NCBI GenBank assembly: GCA_963781885.1 | Contig: CAWAHW010000003.1 | Coordinates: 64,001 to 128,000, forward strand | DNA: 64,000 bases | Source of the DNA: an uncultured Spirochaetota bacterium | GTDB lineage: Bacteria > Spirochaetota > Spirochaetia > SZUA-6 > Fen-1364 | Direction: 5' to 3' | In this document: one piece after another, positions 49,517 to 60,069 of the stretch | Numbering within the stretch: position 1 is the first letter of the stretch | Layout: every line of letters begins with the position of its first letter | The notes under the pieces: generated by a model | The model's input: only the letters and a program-made list of their open reading frames with translations | Told to the model about the DNA's origin: nothing | Database searches by the model: none | Program-made: the position numbers and the translations under genes

Positions 49517-49716
49517 GGAGGTTCCTTTCTGCACGGGGCGCCGCCGCCGCGATCGAATGGCATCCACCCCGGCGTCTTGTCCCTGTAGGGTTGCGTGGAA
49601 AGTCCCTGTTGTCAATGGAGCCCTCCATTTTGGCCCGCGGGCTGCTCCGCCAGCCGCGAGATTGACAGGTCACCGCCCGTCAGCCAGAGTGCAGGAAGGT
49701 TCAACGGAGGTAGGAT

Positions 49717-50118
49717 ATGGTCATTGGAAAGCTTTCCGAACCGATGCTCGCGGCGCTCCTGGACACCCTCCCGGTGGAGTTCTCCATCACGGACGCCGAC
49801 AACAAGGTCGTGGCCTGGAACAGGCATGAGACGCGGCTTTTCCGCCGTTCCCCGACGGTCATCGGGAAGGACGTGCGCAACTGCCATCCCAAGAAGAGCG
49901 TGGCGATGGTGGAGCGGATACTCTCCGAGATGAAGGCCGGCACGCGCGAAAGCTCCGAGTTCTGGCTGGACCTCGATGTTGACGGGAAGCGGGAAAAGGT
50001 GCTCATCCAGTACTTCGCGCTGAGAGACGCGGCGGGGAAGTTCATCGGCTGTCTCGAATGCTCCCAGAAGATCGGGCATATCCAGTCTCTCGCGGGCCAG
50101 AAGCGCCTTATCGATTGA
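49717..50118 (+). CDS. Stand-alone PAS-domain protein (PAS_10-like)
   Basis: LDTLPVEFS..D, IGKDVRNCHPKKS, IQYFALRD..GKFIGCLE. Confidence 0.85.
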   Translation: MVIGKLSEPMLAALLDTLPVEFSITDADNKVVAWNRHETRLFRRSPTVIGKDVRNCHPKKSVAMVERILSEMKAGTRESSEFWLDLDVDGKREKVLIQYFALRDAAGKFIGCLECSQKIGHIQSLAGQKRLID

Positions 50119-50391
50119 GAGAGATGGCCGCGCGCAGGCGCGGCGGCCGGGAGCGGCATCGGGAAAGTCGGCATTCCCGAGGGCGAAATCGGAGCGCGGC
50201 CGGACGGTGGGAATGGCGAATGAATTATCGCTGTATGTGCGATAGCGCGCATACAGGCGGCGTGCGATGACGTAGCTTGAGATGTCATGATTCTTATCTC
50301 ACCTGGACCTGAATGCCCTGCTGATCAAGGCGTCGATTGAGCTCATTCATGGCGCCGAAAAACGTCAATGCCGCGGGTGCGATCCGCGCGG

Positions 50392-51214
50392 ATGGCAGCG
50401 CGAAAGGACCGCCTCTCAGGTCCCGCGGGGGTCATAATCCTGCTTGCCGCAACGATCCTGTCGGTCGCTCTTGGGGTTACGGCAACACTCCTGGTTTTCG
50501 GTCAGGCAGGTTCAATGGCGGCTGTGCAAAGCCACTCTGCGATTGAAGCAGGCGTCGCGGCAGGCCTCCTGGCGATCCTGCTCGCCCTGCTGTTCGTTTC
50601 GTCGCGTTCCCGCCGATCGCGTCTCAGCCTCGTGAAGGGCCGTCTCGCTTCACTACCTCACCGAGTCCGGAGCAACGGCCGAAGTCGCGGGCGTCGGCAA
50701 CGAGGGCATCGTCGGCGTCTCCATCTACATGGGAGGTATCAGCGCGTCCAACTCCGCCGTCGTGCAGACCGCCGGCGCCGCCTACAGGCTCGGGCGCGGG
50801 TGGCTCCTCCAGGAGTTCAACCGCGCCGGCACCGTGCAGAAGCTGTTGCTTCGCTACATGCAGGCTTTGATGACCCATGTCGCGCAAACGGCAGTCTGCA
50901 ACCGGCACCACACGGTGGAGCAGCAGCTGTGCCGCTGGCTGCTCCTCACGCTGGACAGGCTGCCGACGAATCAGCTCGTCATGACCCAGGACCTGGTTGC
51001 GAACATGCTGGGCGTTCGTCGGGAAGGCATCACCGAGGCTGCCGGGAATCTGCAGCGTTTCGGCTTCATCAGTTACCGTCGCGGGCATATCGCGGTCCTG
51101 GACCGCGCCGGCCTCGAAAAGCATGTCTGCGAGTGCTACAACGTGGTCAGGACCGAAATGAAAAGGTTGTTCTCTGACATGCAGATTCGACAGACAAGTC
51201 CCATTCCTGCCTGA
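50392..51214 (+). CDS. Crp/Fnr-family regulator with a truncated cNMP domain, apparently preceded by two TM helices; frameshift near 50640
   Basis: VSLHYLTESGATAEVAGVGNEG, QTAVCNRHHTVEQQLCRWLL, MTQDLVANMLGVRREGITEAAG; upstream hydrophobic frame. Confidence 0.7.
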
Positions 51215-51422
51215 CGGTCAGCACGGCACGTCGGGATTCATTCCCTCGAACTGATGCCCATGCAGACGCATGAACCGCGCGATGCTTCGTTCCGGGCCGG
51301 ACAACGTCCGGGCGCTCCGCCGGGTCGATCATCGCCTCACTGGAGGCCCCCACCGGGAGACAATGTCGCTCGCCGCGTCGGTGCGCGCCACTACTTGACA
51401 AAACCTCCTCCGCAAATCATCC

Positions 51423-51448
51423 TGTCGTCATGTCGACATGAAGACTAT
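51423..51448 (+). promoter_or_regulatory. Candidate GntR operator, copy 1
   Basis: TGTCGTCATGTCGACATGAAGACTAT, 21/26 identical to 54287-54312; TTGACA at 51395. Confidence 0.55.
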
Positions 51449-51471
51449 AATTTATTAAGGGGAGGATTTCG

Positions 51472-53205
51472 ATGAGGAAGAAGCTTATAACCGCGTCTTC
51501 TGCTACGGTCGCAGTCTCACTCCTGGTTTTTTTCTTGTCAGCCTGCGGGGTTGGCAACACAAGCAAAAGCACACAGGCATCAACACCGGCATCGATGGCC
51601 GCCATACAGACCGTCGCGGTGTCCCCTGATGCCCTCAGCAAGTACGACCCGCCGATCAGCCTCATGATTGGCGGGCGTTCAACAAGCACGGAGGCCTACG
51701 TTCAAGGCGATTCCGCCGAGAACAACCCCTGGACCCGGGAGTTCAAGAGCGCTCTCGGGATCAACGTCGGATATGCCTGGCGCGTCGACGACTCCCAGTA
51801 TGACACGAAGGTGAATGTCGTGATCGCTTCGGGCACGATTCCGGACATGATGCGCGTCACCCTCAAGCAGTACAATATGCTTGTCGATGCGGGCCTCGCC
51901 GCGGACTTCACCGACATTCTGCCGAAGTACACCACGCAACTCTCGAGGAGCATCCTGACGGCAGATGAAAAAGCGTGGAGTGCCGCCAACAGCAGCGGCA
52001 AGATTTACGGAATCCCCAACAACAACAGCACCGTGCCGAACGCCCTGCAGGAAGTCTACATCCGCAAGGATTGGATGCAGAGCCTCAACCTGCAGGCTCC
52101 GAAGAACATGGACAACATGGTCAAAATCGCCGAAGCCTTCACGACGCAGGACCCCGACAAAAATGGCAAGGCCGATACCTTCGGATTGGCCCTCAGCAAG
52201 GATTTCATACCCTACGTCAATACCACAAGCAGCGGTAACACCACGAGCAGCCTGGGCTTCTTCAACGGTTATCGTGCCTATCCAGGCGCGTGGCTGCCGG
52301 ACAGCTCCGGCAAACTCGTGTACGGCAGCATACAACCCCCGGTGAAGGCAGCCTTGAAAGTACTCCAGAAGATGTATGCGGAAGGCGCCATGGACAAGGA
52401 GTTCGCGGTAAAAGACACTTCCAAGTTCAACGAAGCGCTGGTCTCGGGGAAAGCGGGGATCTTCTTCGGCCCGTTCTGGGCGGCCGCCTGGCCGTTGCAG
52501 GACCTCCGGACCGCCAACCCGAAGGCGGACTGGAACTATTATCCCGTGCTGTCCGTGGACGCGAAGCCGGCCCTGCCGCAGGTGAATGTGCCGCTGGATG
52601 GATTCTGGGTGGTCCGCAAGGACTACAAATATCCTGAAGCCGTCGTCAAGATGTTCAACCTGGTGGCGGACCACTATTTCTCGGACGACCTGTCGAAGAA
52701 CTGGTTTGTGACGGTGGACAACCTGGACAAGTATACCAGCAAGGGAATCGGCGTCTTCGATTACAGCATCATGTACCAGGAACCGTTTGACGTCGACCTG
52801 AGAGGCTACCTCGACACGGTGAAAGGCCTGAAGGCCAAGAGCGGAAAAAGCATCACGTACGGCGCCAGCGTCCAGGTCTATGACCAGGCCCAGAAGTTCG
52901 CCGACACCGGGGACAACTCCGTATGGAACTACTATGCAATGTTCTCGGAGAATGGCTCCATGAAGGTAATCGTCGACTACATCAACAGCAAGACAATGAT
53001 GTACAACAGTTTCTACGGCATTCCCGGGCCGGTGATGACGGAACGTGGCTCGACCCTTACCAAGATGGAGGTGGAGGAGTTCACGAAGATCATCATGGGG
53101 AGCGTGCCGATTGACGATTTCGACAAATTCGTGAAGCAGTGGCAGAGTACCGGTGGGGATGACCTCACGAAGGAAATCAACGACTGGTACGTAAAGAACA
53201 AATAG
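51472..53205 (+). CDS. Oligosaccharide ABC transporter substrate-binding lipoprotein (LplA-like)
   Basis: FLSAC lipobox, IASGTIPD, YIRKDW, AFTTQDPDKNGKADTFGL, KIIMG...DDFDKFV..W...GG. Confidence 0.92.
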   Translation: MRKKLITASSATVAVSLLVFFLSACGVGNTSKSTQASTPASMAAIQTVAVSPDALSKYDPPISLMIGGRSTSTEAYVQGDSAENNPWTREFKSALGINVGYAWRVDDSQYDTKVNVVIASGTIPDMMRVTLKQYNMLVDAGLAADFTDILPKYTTQLSRSILTADEKAWSAANSSGKIYGIPNNNSTVPNALQEVYIRKDWMQSLNLQAPKNMDNMVKIAEAFTTQDPDKNGKADTFGLALSKDFIPYVNTTSSGNTTSSLGFFNGYRAYPGAWLPDSSGKLVYGSIQPPVKAALKVLQKMYAEGAMDKEFAVKDTSKFNEALVSGKAGIFFGPFWAAAWPLQDLRTANPKADWNYYPVLSVDAKPALPQVNVPLDGFWVVRKDYKYPEAVVKMFNLVADHYFSDDLSKNWFVTVDNLDKYTSKGIGVFDYSIMYQEPFDVDLRGYLDTVKGLKAKSGKSITYGASVQVYDQAQKFADTGDNSVWNYYAMFSENGSMKVIVDYINSKTMMYNSFYGIPGPVMTERGSTLTKMEVEEFTKIIMGSVPIDDFDKFVKQWQSTGGDDLTKEINDWYVKNK

Positions 53206-53232
53206 GCAAAGTCCAAGGACATTCATGCGCCA

Positions 53233-53258
53233 TGGGGGGGGCTGATGGCCCCCCCTTC
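53233..53258 (+). terminator. Hairpin after the substrate-binding protein gene
   Basis: G8-CTGATGG-C7 followed by TTCT. Confidence 0.5.
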
Positions 53259-53372
53259 TGGAGCGTCGAAAAAAGACGTTCTGCGGTGCGCCTCGCCAAA
53301 TCGAAAATCGATCTTGCGCGTCAGGGGGCGAATGAGCAGAATGGGACTGACGTCATCGAATGAGGGGGGCCG

Positions 53373-54167
53373 ATGCTGGGAAGCAATGCGAGCGAAGGAA
53401 TCCCAAAGTACATCCAGCTTGCAACAATCATCCGGGACAAGATTCTTCGGCAGGAGTATAAAGCGGGGGAGCAGATCCCCAGCGAGGTCGAGCTTTGCGG
53501 CGCCTACCAGGTGAGCAGAATCACGGTCCGCGAGGCGGTGAACAAGCTCGTGCAAGAGAACTACCTGAATCGCGTCCAGGGCAAGGGGACGTACGTGGTG
53601 CACCCGAAGCTGCGCAGGAACATTGCGAAGGTCTACAGTTTCAGCAGCGATATGAGGCATCTCGGGCTGGAACCGAGCTCCCGGGTGCTCGCTCTGGCGG
53701 TGGAGGAGGTGGAGGGAGAAATGGCGGAGAAGCTGCGGCTGCCGGCAGACAACCGCAGGGTCACCAGGATCAGCAGGGTGCGAATGGCAAACGGGGTACC
53801 GATACTCACGGAGACAACGTTGATACCCGAGCACTTGTGTGGCGGCCTTGTCGGCAGGGATCTGGAAGGATCGCTGTATCAGATCCTGACGGAAGAGTAT
53901 CGGCTGATGCCGCATCACGCGGAAGAGACCTACGAAGCGGTGATCATGGGGCAGAGGGATGCGGAGCTTCTTCAGTGCGAATCGAGCGCGCCGCAGCCTG
54001 CCTTTGCCATCGAGTGTATTGTCTATCTGGAAAGTGGATTGCCCATCGAGTATAGCAGATCGGTCGGCAGGGGCGATATGGTGACGCTCACCAATCATAT
54101 GGTTGCAGACAAGGCGGATTTTCAGCGCGTTGTTGGACTCGCTTCTTCTTCCAATTCTCAACAGTGA
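53373..54167 (+). CDS. GntR-family (HutC/UTRA) regulator
   Basis: IPKYIQL, IPSEVELC..YQVSRITVREA, QGKGTYV, YSFSSDM. Confidence 0.93.
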   Translation: MLGSNASEGIPKYIQLATIIRDKILRQEYKAGEQIPSEVELCGAYQVSRITVREAVNKLVQENYLNRVQGKGTYVVHPKLRRNIAKVYSFSSDMRHLGLEPSSRVLALAVEEVEGEMAEKLRLPADNRRVTRISRVRMANGVPILTETTLIPEHLCGGLVGRDLEGSLYQILTEEYRLMPHHAEETYEAVIMGQRDAELLQCESSAPQPAFAIECIVYLESGLPIEYSRSVGRGDMVTLTNHMVADKADFQRVVGLASSSNSQQ

Positions 54168-54276
54168 AACAACTTGACGAATTGATATATCAGTTATAAT
54201 TCGTCTCGCAGCCTTGCTTTATTTGCATTCGATAGATTGCAACTATTTCGCTTGACAGATCATTCATAGAAGGTCT

Positions 54277-54312
54277 ATAGTCCTCATGACATCATGTCGT
54301 CATAAGGACTAT
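54277..54312 (+). promoter_or_regulatory. Candidate GntR operator, copy 2 (inverted repeat)
   Basis: ATAGTCCTCATGAC-N8-GTCATAAGGACTAT (13/14 inverted); TTGACA at 54252. Confidence 0.65.
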
Positions 54313-54346
54313 CGTCGTCAAGTTGCCATTTTAAAGGAGAAGCTCA

Positions 54347-54425
54347 ATGACTAAGATGATATTTACCTGCCAAGCTGCTTTTGTCATTGCAGAGATTAAC
54401 GGATTGGTACGCAAAGAACAAATAG
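54347..54425 (+). pseudogene. Remnant of a substrate-binding protein gene
   Basis: AAGGAG SD plus ATG; 3' part GAGATTAACGGATTGGTACGCAAAGAACAAATAG closely matches the SBP 3' end at 53173-53205. Confidence 0.65.
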
Positions 54426-54479
54426 ACATAGTCGGAAGACGATAGCCGCCAGGGATGACCTTCTGCAAGGGATGAAGAG

Positions 54480-55379
54480 ATGGCTCTGCAGGTAAAGCTC
54501 CGAAATCTTCCTCTTCACATCATGCTGATACCAGGTGTGATCCTGACCGTCATGTTCTGCTACGTGCCGATGGCGGGACTGGTGATGGCTTTCGACAAGT
54601 ACGCCCCGGTCGAAGGCATCCTCCATTCCCGATGGGTGGGGTTGGCGAATTTCCGGTACCTGCTCAGCCTGCCGGACACGATGCAGGTGCTCTTCAACAC
54701 GGTCTATATCGCCTTCATGAAGATCATCAGTTTCATGGTTCTTCCGGTGATCTTTGCGCTCCTGCTCAATGAGGTGACACGAAGCGGCTTCAAGAAGCCG
54801 ATACAGACCATCATCTACACGCCCCACTTCCTTTCCTGGATCATTCTGGGTGGAGTCCTGATCGACATCCTTTCGCCTTCGGAGGGCCTGGTCAATCTTG
54901 CGATCAAGGCGATGGGATTGAAGCCCATATTCTTTCTCGGCGATCCCAAATGGTTTCCCTATGTCATGGTGATCACGAACATCTGGAAGGAGTTCGGTTT
55001 CGAAGCGATCATCTATCTGGCGGCTTTGACGAGCATAGATCCCTCGCTCTATGAAGCGGCCGTCATTGATGGCGCCGGTCGGTGGAAGCAGACTCTCCAC
55101 ATCACCCTGCCGGGCATCCTGCCCATCATCATCATGATGATGACCTTGAACATGGGCGATATTCTGAACGCGGGGTTTGACCAGATATTCAACCTCTACA
55201 ACCCCGCCGTTTATCAAACGGGCGACATCATCGATACCTTCATCTACCGCATGGGGATCATCGACGCGCAATACAGCGTCGCGACCGCGGTCGGGTTTTT
55301 CAAGTCCATCGTCTCTCTCGTCTTTGTCGCGGGATCCTTCAAGATGGCCGAGAGATTCTCCGGCTATCGGGTGTTGTGA
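54480..55379 (+). CDS. Carbohydrate ABC permease (LplB-like)
   Basis: PHFLSW, IWKEFG..AIIYLAAL.SIDPSLYEAAVIDGA (EAA loop). Confidence 0.95.
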   Translation: MALQVKLRNLPLHIMLIPGVILTVMFCYVPMAGLVMAFDKYAPVEGILHSRWVGLANFRYLLSLPDTMQVLFNTVYIAFMKIISFMVLPVIFALLLNEVTRSGFKKPIQTIIYTPHFLSWIILGGVLIDILSPSEGLVNLAIKAMGLKPIFFLGDPKWFPYVMVITNIWKEFGFEAIIYLAALTSIDPSLYEAAVIDGAGRWKQTLHITLPGILPIIIMMMTLNMGDILNAGFDQIFNLYNPAVYQTGDIIDTFIYRMGIIDAQYSVATAVGFFKSIVSLVFVAGSFKMAERFSGYRVL

Positions 55380-55397
55380 AAGGGAGGAGACATTCCG

Positions 55398-56282
55398 ATG
55401 GTGAAGGATTCCGGCGTCGGCAGCAGGATATTTGTGATCATCAATTACACGCTTCTCTCCGTGACGGCGCTGGTGTGTTTGCTCCCACTGGTGCACATAT
55501 TGGCCATTTCGTTCAGCAGCAGCTGGGCGGCGTCGGCGAATGTCGTCACATTCTGGCCGGTCGACATCACGACGATGGCCTACCGCTATGTTGCCGCAAA
55601 ACGGGAGTTCCTCAGCTCTCTCCTGGTTTCCGTCGAGCGTACGGCGCTGGGCACTGCCGTGAACATGGCCTTGACGGTACTCGTCGCGTATGCGCTCTCC
55701 AAGGAAAAGACATCTTTCAAAATGCGCGACGTCTATTCGTGGTTTTTCGTCATCACCATCCTCTTCAGCGGCGGATTGATTCCCTGGTACATGACGATCA
55801 AGAGCTACGGACTGATCAACAGCATCTGGGCCCTCATTCTTCCCTCGGCGGTGCCCGTGTTCAACGTCATCATGCTGATGAATTTCTTCCGTCAACTTCC
55901 CCGGGAGATAGAGGAGTCGGCCTTCATGGACGGTGCCTCCCATTGGACCATCATGCTGCGGATGTACCTTCCGCTTTCGACTCCCGCGCTGGCAACACTG
56001 GTGTTGTTTGCGCTGGTATTCCACTGGAACTCCTGGTTCGACGGGCTGATCCTGATCAATCAGCCAGAAAGGATGCCGTTGCAGAGCTATCTGCAAACCG
56101 TCGTCATCGCCCGTGACACAAGAATGGTCTCGGTGGCGTCGCTGAAAATGCTCGCGAAGATCAATGACCGCACCGCCAAATCCGCGCAGATTTTCCTGGG
56201 AGCGCTGCCGATACTGTGCGTTTACCCGTTCTTGCAGAAGTACTTCATGAAGGGAATGGTCCTTGGCAGCATCAAGGGATGA
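55398..56282 (+). CDS. Carbohydrate ABC permease (LplC-like)
   Basis: FSGGLIPWY, EIEESAFMDGA, HWNSWFDG, YPFLQKYF.KG..LGSIKG. Confidence 0.95.
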   Translation: MVKDSGVGSRIFVIINYTLLSVTALVCLLPLVHILAISFSSSWAASANVVTFWPVDITTMAYRYVAAKREFLSSLLVSVERTALGTAVNMALTVLVAYALSKEKTSFKMRDVYSWFFVITILFSGGLIPWYMTIKSYGLINSIWALILPSAVPVFNVIMLMNFFRQLPREIEESAFMDGASHWTIMLRMYLPLSTPALATLVLFALVFHWNSWFDGLILINQPERMPLQSYLQTVVIARDTRMVSVASLKMLAKINDRTAKSAQIFLGALPILCVYPFLQKYFMKGMVLGSIKG

Positions 56283-56393
56283 GGAACGAGAGAGGAATGC
56301 TGATGGCCTTCGACTGGCCAGGGCGGTCGCGTATCTACACTGATCCGCTCGACGTCAGGAATGATTGAAGAGAGCACAGCAAGGAGGCACCTA

Positions 56394-57851
56394 GTGAAGC
56401 ACGCATCATCGATTACAAATGGGGTCGTCCAGTGTTGTCCCGAAAACCCACGCTATCTTGCTTACAAAGGGAATCCGGTCATTCTCATCACATCGGCGGA
56501 ACCCTATGGCGCGGTGATCAATCTGGATTTCGACTACAAGACCTATCTGGAAAGGCTCTCCAGCTTCGAGCTGAACTACACCCGTATCTATCCCGGCGGC
56601 TATCTGGAAAAAGAGGGCATGTTTATTGAGGAAAACGTGATGGCCCCGGCGCCGGGCCGGCTGGCAGTGCCGTGGGCTCGCAGTGACGCGCGGGGCTATG
56701 CGGCCGGCGGCAACAAGTTCGACTTGAACAGGTGGGACGCAGGCTATTTTTCGCGCCTGCAGGATTTCATGGTCGAGGCGGAGAGACGCGGCATTGTCGT
56801 CGAGATATGCTTTTTCAATTGCCAATACCCTGAAGGTTGGTCGGACTGCCCGCTGAATGCCACCAACAATATACAAGGAATCGGCACGTGCGCTCCCGCC
56901 GAGTTTCAGACCCTACGTGAACCCGAGCTGGTGCGCGTCCAGGAAGAATACATTCGCAAGATCGTGCAGGAGGTCAACTCTTTCGACAACGTGATCCTGG
57001 AGATTTGCGACGAGCCGACGCTGAAGGGCACGCCGGGCGAAGAAGCGGTGGCCTGGATCGATCGTCTGGCGGATGTCATCGTTGAGACCGAACGCACCCT
57101 GCCGAAGAAGCACCTCATTGCCCAACAGCTCGAGGTGGGGGTCGATTTCACCGATGACGCAAGGATTCCCCTGATTGTCGCCCAATATGTCGAGCAGAAT
57201 GAGAACAGGCAGGTCGGAGGCATCGAGGCGCTCGATTGCGAATATGGCCATAACAAGCCCATTGAGTTCAATGAAACATCCGTTTTTCCCATCTGGTACA
57301 AGGGTGACCAAATCGCTGATTCCCGGGTGGAGGCGTGGGAGTTTCTGGTCGGCGGGGGTGCGGCATTCAACCAGCACAACAGCCTGTACACTGTCAGAAA
57401 CCCCGCGGGGAAGACGCCGGAAAATGAGAAGATTCTGGGCGCGCTTCGGATTCTCAAGCATTTCATGGAGGGATTCAGGTTTGAGAAGATGCGGCAGGAC
57501 ACGGGATTCCTGAAAGGTCCTGTCCCGCACGGGGCGCATATCCGGTGCATCAGTGAACCCGGCGTTCAATACGCCCTCTACATTCATCACAGCGTCATCC
57601 ACGAGCATCTGGATTATATTGTTACTCCCGGGGACTATAGCGCGGCGCTCGATGTGGATCTGCCCGCCGGTCGCTATCGCTTTGAATGGATCGATCCCGA
57701 AACCGGACGCGCCGTTCTCTCCGACACCTTCGCGCACACCGGAGGGGTGAGGCATCTTGCCGGACCGAAATACACAATCGATATCGCCTTGAAGATCCTC
57801 TCCGTGGAGGGGCGAAGCGTCATGAGTAGCGCAGCCCACGTTGAAGAATGA
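56394..57851 (+). CDS. Putative clan GH-A-like glycoside hydrolase with a C-terminal beta-sandwich
   Basis: ENPRYL.YKG.PVILI, KFDLNRWD..YFSRL, LEICDEP, PIEFNET, LPAGRYRFEWIDP.TG; GGAGG SD plus GTG. Confidence 0.7.
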   Translation: MKHASSITNGVVQCCPENPRYLAYKGNPVILITSAEPYGAVINLDFDYKTYLERLSSFELNYTRIYPGGYLEKEGMFIEENVMAPAPGRLAVPWARSDARGYAAGGNKFDLNRWDAGYFSRLQDFMVEAERRGIVVEICFFNCQYPEGWSDCPLNATNNIQGIGTCAPAEFQTLREPELVRVQEEYIRKIVQEVNSFDNVILEICDEPTLKGTPGEEAVAWIDRLADVIVETERTLPKKHLIAQQLEVGVDFTDDARIPLIVAQYVEQNENRQVGGIEALDCEYGHNKPIEFNETSVFPIWYKGDQIADSRVEAWEFLVGGGAAFNQHNSLYTVRNPAGKTPENEKILGALRILKHFMEGFRFEKMRQDTGFLKGPVPHGAHIRCISEPGVQYALYIHHSVIHEHLDYIVTPGDYSAALDVDLPAGRYRFEWIDPETGRAVLSDTFAHTGGVRHLAGPKYTIDIALKILSVEGRSVMSSAAHVEE

Positions 57852-59248
57852 GTATGGTCAGGCAGGCCGAGCTTCACGGTCCTCTGCGCAAAAATAGCGC
57901 AAACCCCCGGTACTTCACCGACAATACGGGAAAGGCGATCTTTCTTGCCGGCTTCCACACGTGGGCAGTTATGCAAGACATGTGGCTGGAGAACGAGCCG
58001 CGAAGAAGTATGGATTATGACGGATTCCTCCAGATGATGGAAGACAACGGGCACAACTTCTTGCGGTTCTGGCAGTGGGATCAGACCGCAAGCGCTGCGT
58101 GGAGCAAAGCGAGGACTATTTTTGCGCCGCAGCCGTATGAGCGTACGGGGCCGGGAGAGGCCGCAGACCGGCAACCGAAATTCGATCTCACGCGATGGAA
58201 CGAGGCATATTTTAAAAGGCTGCGGGAGAGAATCCGCGCGGCTGGCAGAAAAGGCATCTATGCCTCCGTCATGCTTTTCGAGGCGTGGTGCATCAAGTGG
58301 GCAACCTCCGCAGAGAACGACCCCTGGCTCTATCATCCCATGCGTCGGCAAAATAACGTGAATGGCATCTCGGATGACCCTGTCATTGCGAACGGAAGGG
58401 CATTGAATTTTTATTCGCTGAAATGTCCCCAACTGCTTCATTGGCAGAAGGAGCTTGTGAAGAAGATAATTGATGCCGTCAACGGCCTTGACAACGTGCT
58501 ATATGAAATCTGCAACGAGATTCCGTACACGCGCGATGCGATGGAGTGGCAGGATTACATGTGCGATTTCATCCACGATTATGAAGGCTCGAAACCTGTG
58601 CAGCATCCCGTCGGCATCACGGCCGAAGGTGGAGATCAGGACAACGGGGAGCTTTTCGCAACGCACGCTGATTGGATTTCCCCCAGCAACGGGCGCCTCT
58701 ACGAATATCGCTACAATCCTCCCGTGGCGAATGGCGAGAAGGTGGTGGTCAACGATACCGACCATTTGTGGGGGCATGGCTGCGAAACGGCCTGGATCTG
58801 GAAGAGCTTTTTGCGGGGCATGAACGTGCTTTTCATGGATCCATGGGAGCGCATCCCCGGGGAGCTGGACTGGTGGCAGGATGGGTCGGTCTCGAGGAAC
58901 CAGCGTTACTACTACGAATGGGACCCTGTGCGCCGAAATCTCGGATATGCACGACAGTATGGTTTGCGCATGGAATTGAACAATTGCACCCCCATGAATG
59001 ACCTCTGCACATCGACCTACTGTCTGGCGAATCCCAGCGTGGAATATCTTTTTTTTCTGCCGGCCGGGGGAACCGAGGGGATCGATCTGTGGAACTCGCG
59101 GGGCAGCTTTGAGACCGAATGGTTCAACCCGGTGACAGGCGGCCGAACGATGGGCGCCGCACTTTCCGGGCGAACGCGGCATGCCGTAAGGGCGCCGTTT
59201 GAGGGCGCTGCCGTACTGTATTTATATCGCAAGAAGGAACAGGAGTGA
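57848..59248 (+). CDS. DUF6298-like putative glycoside hydrolase
   Basis: NPRYFTD..GKAIFL.G.HTW, GHNFLRFW, KFDL, YEICNE, NDTDHLWG, WKSFLRG, FMDP. Confidence 0.72.
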   Translation: MSMVRQAELHGPLRKNSANPRYFTDNTGKAIFLAGFHTWAVMQDMWLENEPRRSMDYDGFLQMMEDNGHNFLRFWQWDQTASAAWSKARTIFAPQPYERTGPGEAADRQPKFDLTRWNEAYFKRLRERIRAAGRKGIYASVMLFEAWCIKWATSAENDPWLYHPMRRQNNVNGISDDPVIANGRALNFYSLKCPQLLHWQKELVKKIIDAVNGLDNVLYEICNEIPYTRDAMEWQDYMCDFIHDYEGSKPVQHPVGITAEGGDQDNGELFATHADWISPSNGRLYEYRYNPPVANGEKVVVNDTDHLWGHGCETAWIWKSFLRGMNVLFMDPWERIPGELDWWQDGSVSRNQRYYYEWDPVRRNLGYARQYGLRMELNNCTPMNDLCTSTYCLANPSVEYLFFLPAGGTEGIDLWNSRGSFETEWFNPVTGGRTMGAALSGRTRHAVRAPFEGAAVLYLYRKKEQE

Positions 59249-60069
59249 TGTCGATGCTGGGAAATGAGATTCGCTTTTCGAGATTCTTGAATCAGGGCGA
59301 GAACGCCGTCATCGTTGCCGTCGATCACGGAATCTGCTCCGGACCCAACGCGGGTAACTGGAATCTGCCCGCCATCGTGGAAAACCTGACGGAGGCCGAT
59401 GGCCTCCTGATGAGCTCGGGAATGGCGGAAAAGTGCAAGAATACCCTGTTTGGCAAGGCAGGCCCCATTCTCCTGCTCAGGCTGACGTGGATCTCCTCCT
59501 ATGCGCCGTGGAATTATGACAAGTCCTACGAGGTCATGGCGCTCTCTCCGGAGGAGGCCGTGATGATGGGCGCGGACGTTGGACTTGCTTCCTGCAATCT
59601 GAACTCGGGCGACGAGCGCACCGACGCGGAGAATGTCAGACTCTTTGCGGACATCGTGAGGCGCAAGAGAGCATGCGGGCTGCCGGTCGCGGCGGAGTTC
59701 TATCCCGGCCACGCGGACGTCGTGGACAGGGAAGAGATCCATGGGGATGTCGTGAATGTCGCAAGGATCCTGAGCGAGCTGGGTGCGGACGCGATCAAGA
59801 CATTCTACACGGGCAGGAAGTTCCGCGAGGCAGTCACCGCGGCCTCGATTCCCATACTCGTGCTCGGCGCAGGCAAGACGAAAGAGCTTGCGGCGCTCCA
59901 GTCGGCGTATGACGCCGTCAACGATGGCGCGCGCGGGGTCTTCTTTGGCAGGAACGTCACGCAGGCGCGCAGTCCGAGGAGCTTTCTCTCCGCGCTCGTC
60001 AAGGTCGTGAAGAAGGGAGTGGAGCCCTCCGTGGCTGCACGCGAATCCGGGGTGGCTCTCGATGAGTAG
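59248..60069 (+). CDS. Class I aldolase, DhnA/LsrF family
   Basis: VAVDHG, ARILSELGADAIKTFY (Schiff-base Lys), GARGVFFGRNV. Confidence 0.88.
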   Translation: MSMLGNEIRFSRFLNQGENAVIVAVDHGICSGPNAGNWNLPAIVENLTEADGLLMSSGMAEKCKNTLFGKAGPILLLRLTWISSYAPWNYDKSYEVMALSPEEAVMMGADVGLASCNLNSGDERTDAENVRLFADIVRRKRACGLPVAAEFYPGHADVVDREEIHGDVVNVARILSELGADAIKTFYTGRKFREAVTAASIPILVLGAGKTKELAALQSAYDAVNDGARGVFFGRNVTQARSPRSFLSALVKVVKKGVEPSVAARESGVALDE

